From: a virus
Taxonomy: Duplodnaviria; Heunggongvirae; Uroviricota; Caudoviricetes
Direction: 5' to 3' (one strand)
DNA length: 64,000 nt
Virus record (IMG/VR): IMGVR_UViG_3300013307_000018
Location: 16,312 to 80,311 of that record
Every line of letters starts with the position of its first letter. Within the stretch, counting starts at the first letter, position 1. The notes below the pieces were generated by a model. It ran no database searches, was not told the origin of the DNA, and worked only from the letters and a program-made list of their open reading frames with translations. Positions 45,927 to 55,064 of the stretch are shown here, piece after piece. Both the position numbers and the translations under genes were made by a program.

Positions 45927-46124
45927 TCAGGGCGGTGTTTCCTTCAACGGCCGGGTATTACCGCCCACCATTGCAAAGTACTCCTGCGCCACTTTACGAC
46001 AACGTGCCGCCGGGATACCGGTGCGTTTTTCAATACTGCCCAGCGCCATGCCCTGGTCCCAGAGTTTAGCGACCAGGGGTTCATGGGACTTGATGTAGCG
46101 GTTGACTTTATAAAAGGTTGACAT
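45927..46124 (-). CDS. small HTH-like protein (65 aa)
   Basis: ALGSIEKRTGIPAARCRKVAQEY helix-turn-helix-like segment; ATG at 46124. Confidence 0.4.
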   Translation of the reverse strand: MSTFYKVNRYIKSHEPLVAKLWDQGMALGSIEKRTGIPAARCRKVAQEYFAMVGGNTRPLKETPP

Positions 46125-46129
46125 CAGTA

Positions 46130-46969
46130 TCACCCGCGTTGTTGTGCTTTATGAAAGCTGTCTTTAAAGATTTGAATGGCGTCAGCCGCGTTCTTTGCCG
46201 CACAACTGAAATTACAGCTTTGGCGGGCCTCATTGAAGTTGTACCCGCCCCATTCCCAGTCACCGCAATCCCAATCATTTTCGCCTTTTCCTGGCATCAT
46301 GATGGTCTGGTCACATTCCACTTCCCAACGCACCTGCTTTCTCGGGAACCACCGTGAGTAATGCCAGGTTCCCACTTTACGGTACACACGGATTCGAACT
46401 GGCTGATGGAACGGCACGACCGGATGGCGGTCGCTGCGATGGGTCACCCGTAACGTGGTGTCTTTTTCTGCAACGAGTTTGGCGTTGCTCCAGACGACCT
46501 CAGTGCATTTCCCTTTGAAGACCTCCCACCAGTCCTTTACTAAATGAAAGCCTTTACGGGTCGTGCTGTCCATGGTGTCACGGTCGCCCCAGTACACGGC
46601 CAGATAATCCCGGGTCAGGCTAAGGCTGTAGGTGACGTCGGTACCGTTATCGACCAGGGTCGGGTGTCGGCGTTTAAACCAGTCCCAGTCACACATCACA
46701 GTTACCGAGAAACCAAACAACCACGGCAGAATAAACCAGAAATGGTATTCGCCCTCATTACCATCCAGCCCGTAGTGGATATCAAACCGGTCAGCGGCTT
46801 TCCACCAGAACACCCGTGACATCACAGCCCGTACCTTCATGGGCTTGGGTTTGACTGCGGCAATAGCGTCAGCCATAGGCACACCCTCTGCAACTTTGCG
46901 GTGTATCGTTTCTTCCTGCTCGCGGTTGTTCCGCCAGTACCAGGATTTGGTGTATTGGTCGTTGCTCAT
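46130..46969 (-). CDS. hypothetical Trp-rich protein (279 aa)
   Basis: TGGAG SD. Confidence 0.55.
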   Translation of the reverse strand: MSNDQYTKSWYWRNNREQEETIHRKVAEGVPMADAIAAVKPKPMKVRAVMSRVFWWKAADRFDIHYGLDGNEGEYHFWFILPWLFGFSVTVMCDWDWFKRRHPTLVDNGTDVTYSLSLTRDYLAVYWGDRDTMDSTTRKGFHLVKDWWEVFKGKCTEVVWSNAKLVAEKDTTLRVTHRSDRHPVVPFHQPVRIRVYRKVGTWHYSRWFPRKQVRWEVECDQTIMMPGKGENDWDCGDWEWGGYNFNEARQSCNFSCAAKNAADAIQIFKDSFHKAQQRG

Positions 46970-47172
46970 TATAAAACTCCATTTCGATAGGCCTCGAGGA
47001 ACACAAAGAAGTAGATCACCGAAGCAATAACACTGATGAATATCAAGAGAACGGTTCCGATAGAAAGAATGTCATCGGAGTCGTTGTTACGGTATTGCCA
47101 AATCGCATAGCCTGAAGTGATTACCAGCAATACAATCGCTGCACCAAAACAGTAGAGAATGGGATGTGACAT
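46969..47172 (-). CDS. small membrane protein (67 aa)
   Basis: Two hydrophobic helices; GAGGTGA SD. Confidence 0.4.
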   Translation of the reverse strand: MSHPILYCFGAAIVLLVITSGYAIWQYRNNDSDDILSIGTVLLIFISVIASVIYFFVFLEAYRNGVL

Positions 47173-47180
47173 GATTCACC

Positions 47181-47408
47181 TCATGGGGTGCCGAAGGGGT
47201 TCTCTATTTTGCGTTGGGGTTGGGTTGGTGCCCGAAGCTTACCCCGTTTTTGTGATGCGGCTTTCCGTCGTTCTTTCCGGTTCCGTCCGTCGACACGATA
47301 GTCATACACATCACTGTTACACTGCGTCGTGGAGACAGAGAACCCATCTTCATCGCAGGCCGTGCTGATTTCAGGTTGTGGGTAGGTAAGTTTAGGCAAC
47401 GTTTTCAT
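47181..47408 (-). CDS. small basic protein (75 aa)
   Basis: ORF track; Arg/Lys-rich. Confidence 0.35.
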   Translation of the reverse strand: MKTLPKLTYPQPEISTACDEDGFSVSTTQCNSDVYDYRVDGRNRKERRKAASQKRGKLRAPTQPQRKIENPFGTP

Positions 47409-47742
47409 GACTTAACACCCCGTGTATGGCAACAGCATCCGCATCCGTTAACCCAATCAGTGCCCGACACGTACCGTCATCGTACACCAACACGTAATCA
47501 CCGGGTGCCAACGTGTAGTCGACGTTCTCGTAGTGCAACCCGAACATGTAGTAGTCACGTGCAGTACTGCCATCAACCTTCAGATGACGAACCCAGCTCC
47601 CGTAGCGGTTCTGGAGTTGGGTGGGGTCGCCTGAAATCACCGTAAACGGTTTTTCCTGCGCTAAATCTGATTCCACTCCCTGATTAGAGATTTCGACCTG
47701 GTTCAAACGAATGACACCAATCAGTGGGTTTTCTTTAGGCAT
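47392..47742 (-). CDS. hypothetical protein (116 aa)
   Basis: Internal ATG (MPKENPLIG) with AAGGAG SD; ORF-track ATG at 47781 lies inside the terminator hairpin. Confidence 0.45.
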   Translation of the reverse strand: MPKENPLIGVIRLNQVEISNQGVESDLAQEKPFTVISGDPTQLQNRYGSWVRHLKVDGSTARDYYMFGLHYENVDYTLAPGDYVLVYDDGTCRALIGLTDADAVAIHGVLSHENVA

Positions 47743-47750
47743 TTGACACT

Positions 47751-47780
47751 CCTTAATAAATGGGAGACCGAAGTCTCCCA
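47751..47780 (-). terminator. intrinsic terminator, UUCG tetraloop
   Basis: plus ccttaataaa-TGGGAGAC-cgaa-GTCTCCCA. Confidence 0.6.
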
Positions 47781-47786
47781 TAACAG

Positions 47787-49160
47787 TTAGTCTTTCTTCG
47801 GGTTGTTAAAGACGGACTTTACGTGACGGGACACCGCGTGGTCAATGTCGTTGGCTTCCTGCTCAGACAATGGCTCATCAGAGTGACCTTTCACCGGACT
47901 ATCTGCAACAACATCAGGGGTGGCACAGTCCTCGGGAATACTGACCCGGGAGCCGCTGCGGTTGCGTGGATGTGCCAAGCCCAATGCGCGTCGTTTCTGG
48001 TAGAGATAGTCTTCCTGGTCACCGTAAACTGGATAGCCTTCATCAAAGAACATGGGTTTGATTTCAGCACCATATTCGGCAAACACCAATACATACCGAC
48101 CAATGTGTTCCCATCCCTCATAACGACCCAAAGGCTCACAGGCATGTGCAAAGCGCAGTTGATACTCTTTGTGATCCCGGTCAATAAAGAACGGTGCATC
48201 CATCGAGTCATTGGTTCCCACCATGTAATCCACGTCACTGGGGATCAATTCCAACATCCGTAGCAGAGGTGCGGCATAATGCGGATGGATAAACACTGCC
48301 TTATAACGGTCACGGCCATCACCTTCAGACTGAGGTTCTGTCCAATCCAGTGCAAAGTGTTCGCCGTGTTCGTATAGCCAACGCAGCTTTTCTTTCACGT
48401 CACCCAGTAATTCCCAATCGGTGTACTTCACATAACACAACAGATTGCGCAACATCACCGTGAGTTTTTCAACGTCATCGTAATTTACGAACATGACGTC
48501 AGTGCGTACTTTGTTGGTCACCGGGTCAATACCGCGATTATTGCGCCTGTGCATCCAACGCAACCACACATCTGGGTCAATACCTTCCGGGAATTCATCT
48601 ACCCAGGAGTCGTTGGTAAAGTAGCGTACTTGGGTCTGGTTCTTAGGTAGGTTCACGTCATAGGGGAACGTCACCGGTCGTGAACTCAATTCCCTGGTGC
48701 GCGATACCTGGTGCCAACCCGTAAAAGATTTTGAAGGGTATGCAAACAACACCCGCTCGATGTGCCAGGCCTGCGCATTGCTACCTTCTTTAAAGATGGT
48801 CATGCAACGACGGTTCTGGAACATCGGGCTGCCGGTAGGGCCAGACTGGTCTATCCACTCATCGTCTTCACCGGTTAATGGCGACAACGGCTCAAAGCGG
48901 ATGACTTTGTGAACAGTCATCAATACGTCCACGTTGGTTTCGGGGTCTGAATCCTGCAGTACCGCTTTAAGGTCGTCGGGCATGCCTTCCTGACCCTTTT
49001 TACCTAACCATCGCTTGAGCATTCGACTGTAAATGTCAATTGAGGCACCACTGTGACCGTGACCATCAATCACATCCAGGACTTTTAACACAAGGTCCTG
49101 GACGGGTGCGGTCACCTGGGCCAGTTCCATTTCCTGTTTCGCAAAACTTTGATAAGACAT
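47787..49160 (-). CDS. hypothetical protein (457 aa)
   Basis: ATG 49160 (MSYQSF); ORF-track start at 49172 is GTG. Confidence 0.55.
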   Translation of the reverse strand: MSYQSFAKQEMELAQVTAPVQDLVLKVLDVIDGHGHSGASIDIYSRMLKRWLGKKGQEGMPDDLKAVLQDSDPETNVDVLMTVHKVIRFEPLSPLTGEDDEWIDQSGPTGSPMFQNRRCMTIFKEGSNAQAWHIERVLFAYPSKSFTGWHQVSRTRELSSRPVTFPYDVNLPKNQTQVRYFTNDSWVDEFPEGIDPDVWLRWMHRRNNRGIDPVTNKVRTDVMFVNYDDVEKLTVMLRNLLCYVKYTDWELLGDVKEKLRWLYEHGEHFALDWTEPQSEGDGRDRYKAVFIHPHYAAPLLRMLELIPSDVDYMVGTNDSMDAPFFIDRDHKEYQLRFAHACEPLGRYEGWEHIGRYVLVFAEYGAEIKPMFFDEGYPVYGDQEDYLYQKRRALGLAHPRNRSGSRVSIPEDCATPDVVADSPVKGHSDEPLSEQEANDIDHAVSRHVKSVFNNPKKD

Positions 49161-49257
49161 ATACAACCTCACTTGTTAGACTTTTAGTAGATGGTTTTGG
49201 TTTTACTGCGTTCGTGGGTCATGGCCCCGAGTTTCTTTTTCTGTTGGGTCAAGCGAC

Positions 49258-49521
49258 TTACTGATAAACTTTAATGCTGCCGTCGTCGTAATAGGTCAGG
49301 CGGTCACCGGGCTTCATCTGAATACTTTCAAACTCGCTCTCAGCCGCACTGTCATAACGCTCACGCAACCGCTCACGGATGTGGTCCCAGTGTTGTTCGA
49401 CCAGGTCTTGTGTGCCGATTTGAATATCAAACAGACGGTGGATGAATGCATGTCCCGGTGCGACTTTAGGCATCGGAAGCCAAATAAGTTTTAAAATAGG
49501 AGTACGGGTTGAATTAGCCAT
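49258..49521 (-). CDS. hypothetical protein (87 aa)
   Basis: AAGGATC SD. Confidence 0.45.
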   Translation of the reverse strand: MANSTRTPILKLIWLPMPKVAPGHAFIHRLFDIQIGTQDLVEQHWDHIRERLRERYDSAAESEFESIQMKPGDRLTYYDDGSIKVYQ

Positions 49522-49532
49522 AGTGTTGATCC

Positions 49533-50276
49533 TTAATCAAACGAGTCAGGGCATCCAATGGGGGTCTCATGCTCATTAAGCAGTACCGAACCACCATACA
49601 CACCCCCTTTCCAGCCACTGCGGTCATGCCCAATGCCGGTGTTGTATTCCAGACGTACGTAGCGTTCCGTACGTTCCCACGGCAACCATTTAAACCAGGC
49701 CCGACGAAATACCCGTTTAGTCATGGTCATGGTGGCAACAGCGGTCTGGACCTCATCGTGTTTGGTGACGTAGGTAAATGAATTCACCCATACACGGTGG
49801 TACGTTTTGGGAATCGGCTGGTCTGTGATTTCCGCCCACTGCACCGGAGTGTCGGTTGAGAACTGGACATACTGGTAATCAGCATGACGACGCCAGGTAA
49901 ACGGAAACGCAATGCTTTTAGAACGGCAGCGCATCGTGACACAATCACCCGCCTTAGGTGGATGGTTACCCAAATACAGTACCAGGTCTCCGTCCATGAC
50001 ATTCCAACCCCATGACGGCGCGCCCTCTTCTTCAAAGAAGCGCATCTCTTTCTTTTTCTTGCGCGTGGCTACCCACAATGCCAGCTTGGCAAAACGAATC
50101 ATCAACGTCCCGTTGGCATTCGCTTTGTAATACGCACACCAGTCATTACGCTTCCCACCCATCGTGAGTTCGTAACGTCGACCCAACCAGTTCCCGCGAA
50201 TTATGCGGTTCTGGTAATCATCATCCTTGTAAGATGATTCTACCCCAAACCACTTTCGCATCGTTGCTGCGAACAT
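49533..50276 (-). CDS. hypothetical protein (247 aa)
   Basis: Internal ATG (MFAATMRKWFG) with AAGGGGGA SD; ORF-track start is TTG. Confidence 0.5.
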   Translation of the reverse strand: MFAATMRKWFGVESSYKDDDYQNRIIRGNWLGRRYELTMGGKRNDWCAYYKANANGTLMIRFAKLALWVATRKKKKEMRFFEEEGAPSWGWNVMDGDLVLYLGNHPPKAGDCVTMRCRSKSIAFPFTWRRHADYQYVQFSTDTPVQWAEITDQPIPKTYHRVWVNSFTYVTKHDEVQTAVATMTMTKRVFRRAWFKWLPWERTERYVRLEYNTGIGHDRSGWKGGVYGGSVLLNEHETPIGCPDSFD

Positions 50277-50289
50277 AGTCAAATCCCCC

Positions 50290-50589
50290 TTAGTTATTGA
50301 TAACACCATGTCGGGCAAAAATCGCCACCACGCTATCGTCGAAATACATGCGTAGGCGATTTACCTCCAGGGGCCAGACTCCAGGGTTCGTGAGGTCTGC
50401 GTCATCGTGGTTATAGATAAAAGTCACTGTGGTACGTGTTGCGGATACGGTGGTAATTGACACCGTGGTCATGTTGCACTTACCTAACTCATCGCCCTGG
50501 TGGTTTTTCAGTATCGCCCCACCGAGTGTGGCCAGTAATGCTTGTTCCAGTGTCAGTCGTTCACTGGGAGTCAAATTCAGAATCTGCAT
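50290..50589 (-). CDS. hypothetical protein (99 aa)
   Basis: Internal ATG (MQILNLTPSERL) with GGAGGG SD. Confidence 0.4.
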   Translation of the reverse strand: MQILNLTPSERLTLEQALLATLGGAILKNHQGDELGKCNMTTVSITTVSATRTTVTFIYNHDDADLTNPGVWPLEVNRLRMYFDDSVVAIFARHGVINN

Positions 50590-50645
50590 ACACCCTCCGT
50601 TATAGTTCATAGGTTTTATACAGTCTGTATTTTTTACCTTTGACA

Positions 50646-50673
50646 AAATAAAAAGGAGGACCGAAGTCCTCCT
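50646..50673 (-). terminator. intrinsic terminator, UUCG tetraloop
   Basis: plus aaataaaa-AGGAGGAC-cgaa-GTCCTCCT. Confidence 0.6.
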
Positions 50674-50687
50674 GGATTAGTTGTGGT

Positions 50688-50864
50688 CTACCATTTACTC
50701 GACCCGGGCTTTTTGTGTTTCTTACCCTGGTATTTGCCCTGCTTTTTATCCGCTGCAATAAACTCCTTTGCAACGTCCTGGTCGATGTCATGTTCTTTTG
50801 CAAACTGCTTGTCATGTGCCGCAGCTGCAAACAGGTTATGCTGGGATTTAGATTTGCTCGGCAT
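50688..50864 (-). CDS. small Lys-rich protein (58 aa)
   Basis: Internal ATG (MPSKSKSQHNL) with AGGAGAG SD. Confidence 0.35.
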   Translation of the reverse strand: MPSKSKSQHNLFAAAAHDKQFAKEHDIDQDVAKEFIAADKKQGKYQGKKHKKPGSSKW

Positions 50865-51183
50865 CCGGACTCTCCTGGGCCGCACGTGCAATGGTCAGAA
50901 TCTCCAACAGCCCCATTTGTTTCGTTCCGTTGAGTTCGCGAGTGACCGGTTGACTGGTTTTCTCATCAACACCCAACACCACCACCGCTTTAAACACGGT
51001 GAAGAACGTAGCACTGCGCAGCACCCCTAAATGAATCGGGTAGTGACCTTTGCTCTCGATAACAAGTTCATAGGTCTCTTCCGCGTCATGGTAGTGAGCG
51101 GTAAAGGCGGCATCTGGAATGACGCTACGAATACCGGGGATACTGCGATGCAGCCACTCGTTGAACAAATCGCCTTCAGGCAT
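50848..51183 (-). CDS. hypothetical protein (111 aa)
   Basis: AAGGAGA SD. Confidence 0.45.
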   Translation of the reverse strand: MPEGDLFNEWLHRSIPGIRSVIPDAAFTAHYHDAEETYELVIESKGHYPIHLGVLRSATFFTVFKAVVVLGVDEKTSQPVTRELNGTKQMGLLEILTIARAAQESPDAEQI

Positions 51184-51228
51184 GGGAGTCTCCTTGGGTT
51201 ACGTCGTCGGACAACGACATAGCATGCC

Positions 51229-51549
51229 CTACGGAAGCGTCACACCCTTGGCGGTGGAGGTCGGGTAGAATACGTCCTTCTCCCGCGTCCAGAACGCGCT
51301 GCAGAGTTCATGGTCGGGATAGTATCGACACGCCTTATAAACCGTGTCACCCTGCCTTACAGGCGCTTTAATCGGGTCATACTTCCAGACGTCCTCATCG
51401 ACCTTGATAACCGCACGGCACACGGTATCCAGACACTTCGGTTCATTGACCACCACGCCTTTCACCGAATAGACCTGCGGGTTCTTTACCGGTTGGTCAG
51501 CACACGCACTAACAGACAACACCACGAGCAACGCTAACAGCTTTTTCAT
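51229..51549 (-). CDS. putative lipoprotein (106 aa)
   Basis: MKKLLALLVVLSVSAC lipobox-like signal; ATGA overlap. Confidence 0.5.
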   Translation of the reverse strand: MKKLLALLVVLSVSACADQPVKNPQVYSVKGVVVNEPKCLDTVCRAVIKVDEDVWKYDPIKAPVRQGDTVYKACRYYPDHELCSAFWTREKDVFYPTSTAKGVTLP

Positions 51550-52523
51550 GACGGCTCCCAATTTAACATGTTTTGTTCAGTAATCACCAATACATCCATT
51601 CCCTCTAATGCCGTGATGAGTTCAGGGTCCGTTAAGCCCCCAACCACCACAGGCTCGGTACGGGACACCGGGTGTGACAACACGGTGTACCCAATCGATT
51701 CCAGTAACCCTTTAATCACCGCCACGTCGTGTGAAAACTCACCTTTCATCACCACGTACTTTTTCTTGACTGGTTGCAGCGCCACGAATTCCTGATAGAG
51801 TGTGTCAAACTCTGGTTCGAAGTCATCCGGGAACACCGCATCGAGATTGGTTTCACCAAACGACTGGAAGTTATCCTGCACGTAACGCAAGTCGTCCTGG
51901 GTGGTTTGTGCCCCCACGATAGCATGTTTCGCCCACGTATCGGCTTTGAGTGACGCTCCCAGGTAGTTTGACAGAAACCGTTTTAGCATGTCGCTGTCGT
52001 GTTCGACGAAATGCCCCCAGAGCTGCACAGGTTTACCCAACAGGAAGTTCTCTGGGATGTTCGCCCACCACAGATAAAAATCCAGTTGCCAGCGGTGTTT
52101 GTCTCCGACATCCACCACTTTCTGTTTACCGGGTTCTTTACCGTAGACATAGTAGTGTCGCAGGTCGAGCTGGTCATAGCCCACCAGGCGACGCAGAGCA
52201 TCAGACATGTCCGGATGTTGTGCCAGGCGCCAGTACAAGCCCTGTTTGAACTCCCGCTCAAAGTGGTCGTTGTAGACGACCTCAAACGTTTTGCCTTGTT
52301 GTTTCGCCTCGAAGCCCGATAACCCCCGCAGGACGTTATGTTGTTTACCGGTTTTCAACCAGTACCAATACCCCTCCAGGCACGCAAACTTACCGAACTC
52401 CGGGTGCAACATAGACCGGGCTGAAAGATTAGACAAATCCTTACCGAGTCCTGTTTTGGCCTGCGTCCAAATATTGATATGCGTGATGCCGTCGTCTGCG
52501 GGGTTAATCTGTTGTTCCGTCAT
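51546..52523 (-). CDS. hypothetical protein (325 aa)
   Basis: Preceded by conserved 17-bp motif. Confidence 0.55.
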   Translation of the reverse strand: MTEQQINPADDGITHINIWTQAKTGLGKDLSNLSARSMLHPEFGKFACLEGYWYWLKTGKQHNVLRGLSGFEAKQQGKTFEVVYNDHFEREFKQGLYWRLAQHPDMSDALRRLVGYDQLDLRHYYVYGKEPGKQKVVDVGDKHRWQLDFYLWWANIPENFLLGKPVQLWGHFVEHDSDMLKRFLSNYLGASLKADTWAKHAIVGAQTTQDDLRYVQDNFQSFGETNLDAVFPDDFEPEFDTLYQEFVALQPVKKKYVVMKGEFSHDVAVIKGLLESIGYTVLSHPVSRTEPVVVGGLTDPELITALEGMDVLVITEQNMLNWEPS

Positions 52524-52557
52524 TTTAATCCGCCAGTTTAATTACTTATTGTCATAC

Positions 52558-52574
52558 CAGTAATATAGGTCTGT
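52558..52574 (-). promoter_or_regulatory. conserved 17-bp motif, copy 3
   Basis: plus ccagtaatataggtctg; directly after terminator 52589-52614 and about 35 nt upstream of ATG of 51546..52523. Confidence 0.4.
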
Positions 52575-52588
52575 GTGATTTTTATTTA

Positions 52589-52614
52589 CTGACGGAAAAA
52601 ATAAGGGAGCCCGA
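52589..52614 (-). terminator. intrinsic terminator, UUCG tetraloop
   Basis: plus aaaaaataa-GGGAGCC-cgaa-GGCTCCC. Confidence 0.65.
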
Positions 52615-52633
52615 AGGCTCCCTGAGTATGCCG

Positions 52634-54580
52634 TTATTTCGGAGCAGGTTCTTTATACTCGGTCAGCGCCAGGGTATAAAGCTTGCCTTCGATTTTCACG
52701 ATAAGGTCTTTGTTCTTCTCAGTGGTTTTGGACTTCAGCAACAGATAGCCTTCGTCTGAACCACCCACACCTGCTTTCTGACCCATCGACCAGTTCTCTT
52801 TCGAGTGCGCTGATTTCTCTAACCCGTCGATATCTTTCTGGGTTTTAGTGGACAAGTCAGGCAGCCAGTACAGCGAGATACCCGCTTCGAAGTGGGTCTT
52901 GCCCGTGAAGGTCACCATCGGGATAACGTTGTACGTGTAGGGTTTAAGCTGCACGTAAATCGTGACGATGTTGTTGCCATCCGGTACATAGACCACGTCC
53001 AGTAACGGAGATGACCCACACGGCTGATGACTACACTGAACACCGGCTTTGGTGAGGTGTGCACGAATCAGCGTGTTACCGCCACCCTGACGCACGTCAT
53101 CCAGCTTATCGAGTTTGTCACCCACCGTCAGGTTGTTACCACAACCCACCATGTTGATGTCAATCGAGTCACCGGTTTCAGGTGAGAAAAACTTCCCTAA
53201 ACAGAACCACTGGCTGTCAGCCGAGTTGTTGTTCAGTTTGTTACGTGACGCGTACGCCATGGCATCCAGTGAACCGCCCACAAACACGCCGTGGTTCTGG
53301 ATGTCAATGCGACCTGCTTCCCAGATATTCAACCAACGGGTGATAGCCGGGTCATCATCGTAGTTGATACCGGAACCAGACTGCAGGTTACGTTGCATCT
53401 CAATCAGGCGAGAATACGCCGCATTGAGTTTGCTACCTTTACAGTCTTCAATCGACAGCGCACTGATAACCCACTGACCGTTGGAGATATCGCCTGGGTT
53501 GTCACAATGCTCAATCCAGCCGTTAGAGATCAATGACTGGGTAGCACGTGGCAGATTCAGCACCTTCCCGCCCGTACAGTACTGTACGTTGAAGTTGGTG
53601 AGTTCAATGGCCGTGGAGTGGTTCCAGCCACCTTTGTCTGAATCTGACCAGGTTGCTTTGAGGATATCACCGGTACATTTCGAGGCATACCACTGGGAGA
53701 TTTTGGTATCCAGGGTATCGACCATTGCCATACAGGTCCCGCCCACACGTTCCCACTTCACGCAGTTAACCCGGACGAACTGGCCCTGGATTTCAACGTT
53801 ACGGTAGAAGCCTTTCTTGTTCGGGATTTTACCCCCTTTGCCATCGTCTACCAACAGCGTGTCACCACGGCCGTTAAAGATGATGTTAGAGATTTCTGTT
53901 TTACGTGCTTTCACATCTAACAGAAATTCATCTTTATCATCAGATAACAACGTGGTTGCCGGGAAGTAACCAAAGTTGACCTGGGCGCCTGACACACGGA
54001 ACAGATTGACTGAGGTCGGACGGGAGAACCGGGACAGATAGAAACGACCTGCCGGGTACTGTACCCCGAGCTCTGGCAGGTTCTTCTGCGTCCAGTTGTA
54101 CATGGCTGTAAACGCGGTCAGGGTATCGGTCTTACCGTCTGGCAGCGCACCGAAGTGCGTGACATCCAGTTTGTTGAGGTCTTCGCATACACGAGACCAA
54201 TACCAGTTCTGGCCGCTGGATGCAACCACACCGCCATCATCGGCGGCTTTACTGCCGACTGTTGCAACGAACTCACCACCACCGTAACGCGTGCCAGAGT
54301 TCCACCCACGTAATGACACACGCACACCGTTGGCCGAAGGCTTCAGTTTACGCAGTTCATCAAAAGATTGAACCTGACCAAGCAGATTCAGAGAGTCCGG
54401 TGCTGCCAGTGTGGTTGGGGAGAGACCACCCGCCTGTTGCATCTGCGCTAATAGCGATGCAACCGGGAGCATTACAGGCTGACCTTCCTGCATACAAAGG
54501 ATGGTACCTTTTCCGTCAGCCATTGCCTTAAGCTGTTGCATTAAGTCAGCTGCTGATGCAGTGGTATTTGTTTCTGCCAT
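52634..54580 (-). CDS. pectate-lyase-fold (beta-helix) depolymerase/tailspike-like protein (648 aa)
   Basis: LDVTHFGALPDGKTDTLTAFTAM (Pectate_lyase_3-type FGA.GDG.TD motif); Gly/Asn/Trp-rich repeats. Confidence 0.6.
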   Translation of the reverse strand: MAETNTTASAADLMQQLKAMADGKGTILCMQEGQPVMLPVASLLAQMQQAGGLSPTTLAAPDSLNLLGQVQSFDELRKLKPSANGVRVSLRGWNSGTRYGGGEFVATVGSKAADDGGVVASSGQNWYWSRVCEDLNKLDVTHFGALPDGKTDTLTAFTAMYNWTQKNLPELGVQYPAGRFYLSRFSRPTSVNLFRVSGAQVNFGYFPATTLLSDDKDEFLLDVKARKTEISNIIFNGRGDTLLVDDGKGGKIPNKKGFYRNVEIQGQFVRVNCVKWERVGGTCMAMVDTLDTKISQWYASKCTGDILKATWSDSDKGGWNHSTAIELTNFNVQYCTGGKVLNLPRATQSLISNGWIEHCDNPGDISNGQWVISALSIEDCKGSKLNAAYSRLIEMQRNLQSGSGINYDDDPAITRWLNIWEAGRIDIQNHGVFVGGSLDAMAYASRNKLNNNSADSQWFCLGKFFSPETGDSIDINMVGCGNNLTVGDKLDKLDDVRQGGGNTLIRAHLTKAGVQCSHQPCGSSPLLDVVYVPDGNNIVTIYVQLKPYTYNVIPMVTFTGKTHFEAGISLYWLPDLSTKTQKDIDGLEKSAHSKENWSMGQKAGVGGSDEGYLLLKSKTTEKNKDLIVKIEGKLYTLALTEYKEPAPK

Positions 54581-54688
54581 TTTGTCGTGCTCCTAATAAC
54601 CGAGTAAGAGTCGTAAGAACCCGCCTCAACGTAGTACCAATCTAAAATATAGCGTCTACGCGGCGTTTTCCCATATATAAGTCACGAA

Positions 54689-54732
54689 AAAATAAAGCAG
54701 CATAAATCCCTCCCAAGCCGAAGCCTGGGAGG
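54689..54732 (-). terminator. intrinsic terminator, long stem, UUCG tetraloop
   Basis: plus aaaaaataaagcagcataaat-CCCTCCCAAGC-cgaa-GCCTGGGAGGG. Confidence 0.55.
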
Positions 54733-54737
54733 GAGGA

Positions 54738-55064
54738 TTAGCGACGACGGGTCCATTGCTCAATGACTTCACCAGGTATGGTGAATATAGGTACGCCTGA
54801 CGTGTTCTCTATTGCGACTTTGAATTTGTCAAGACGGGTACTGCCTAACCGACTGTGAGGCAAATGCATCAACATATCGGTGGTTACTGGCAGGCAATCG
54901 TTCTCTGCCTTCCCTTCGTCATATAACGCCCGGAAGACGGTCTCGAACAATTCCAGACCTCCGGTCCCAGGATAGTCCGGAACCCAATCAGTGGGTTTGG
55001 AGTTCAACATATCAGCCATGATTTTAATCACACGAATATGCGCATTGATTTTTTCTTGTCTCAT
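54738..55064 (-). CDS. hypothetical protein (108 aa)
   Basis: ATGA overlap. Confidence 0.45.
   Translation of the reverse strand: MRQEKINAHIRVIKIMADMLNSKPTDWVPDYPGTGGLELFETVFRALYDEGKAENDCLPVTTDMLMHLPHSRLGSTRLDKFKVAIENTSGVPIFTIPGEVIEQWTRRR

Noticed and set aside
3931-54732. Repeated GGGAG…CTCCC elements as a possible CRISPR array or MITE family
   Set aside because: Copies are 1-5 kb apart at gene boundaries. Each is a single hairpin with a flanking A or U tract. There is no regular repeat-spacer periodicity and no cas genes, so they are terminators.
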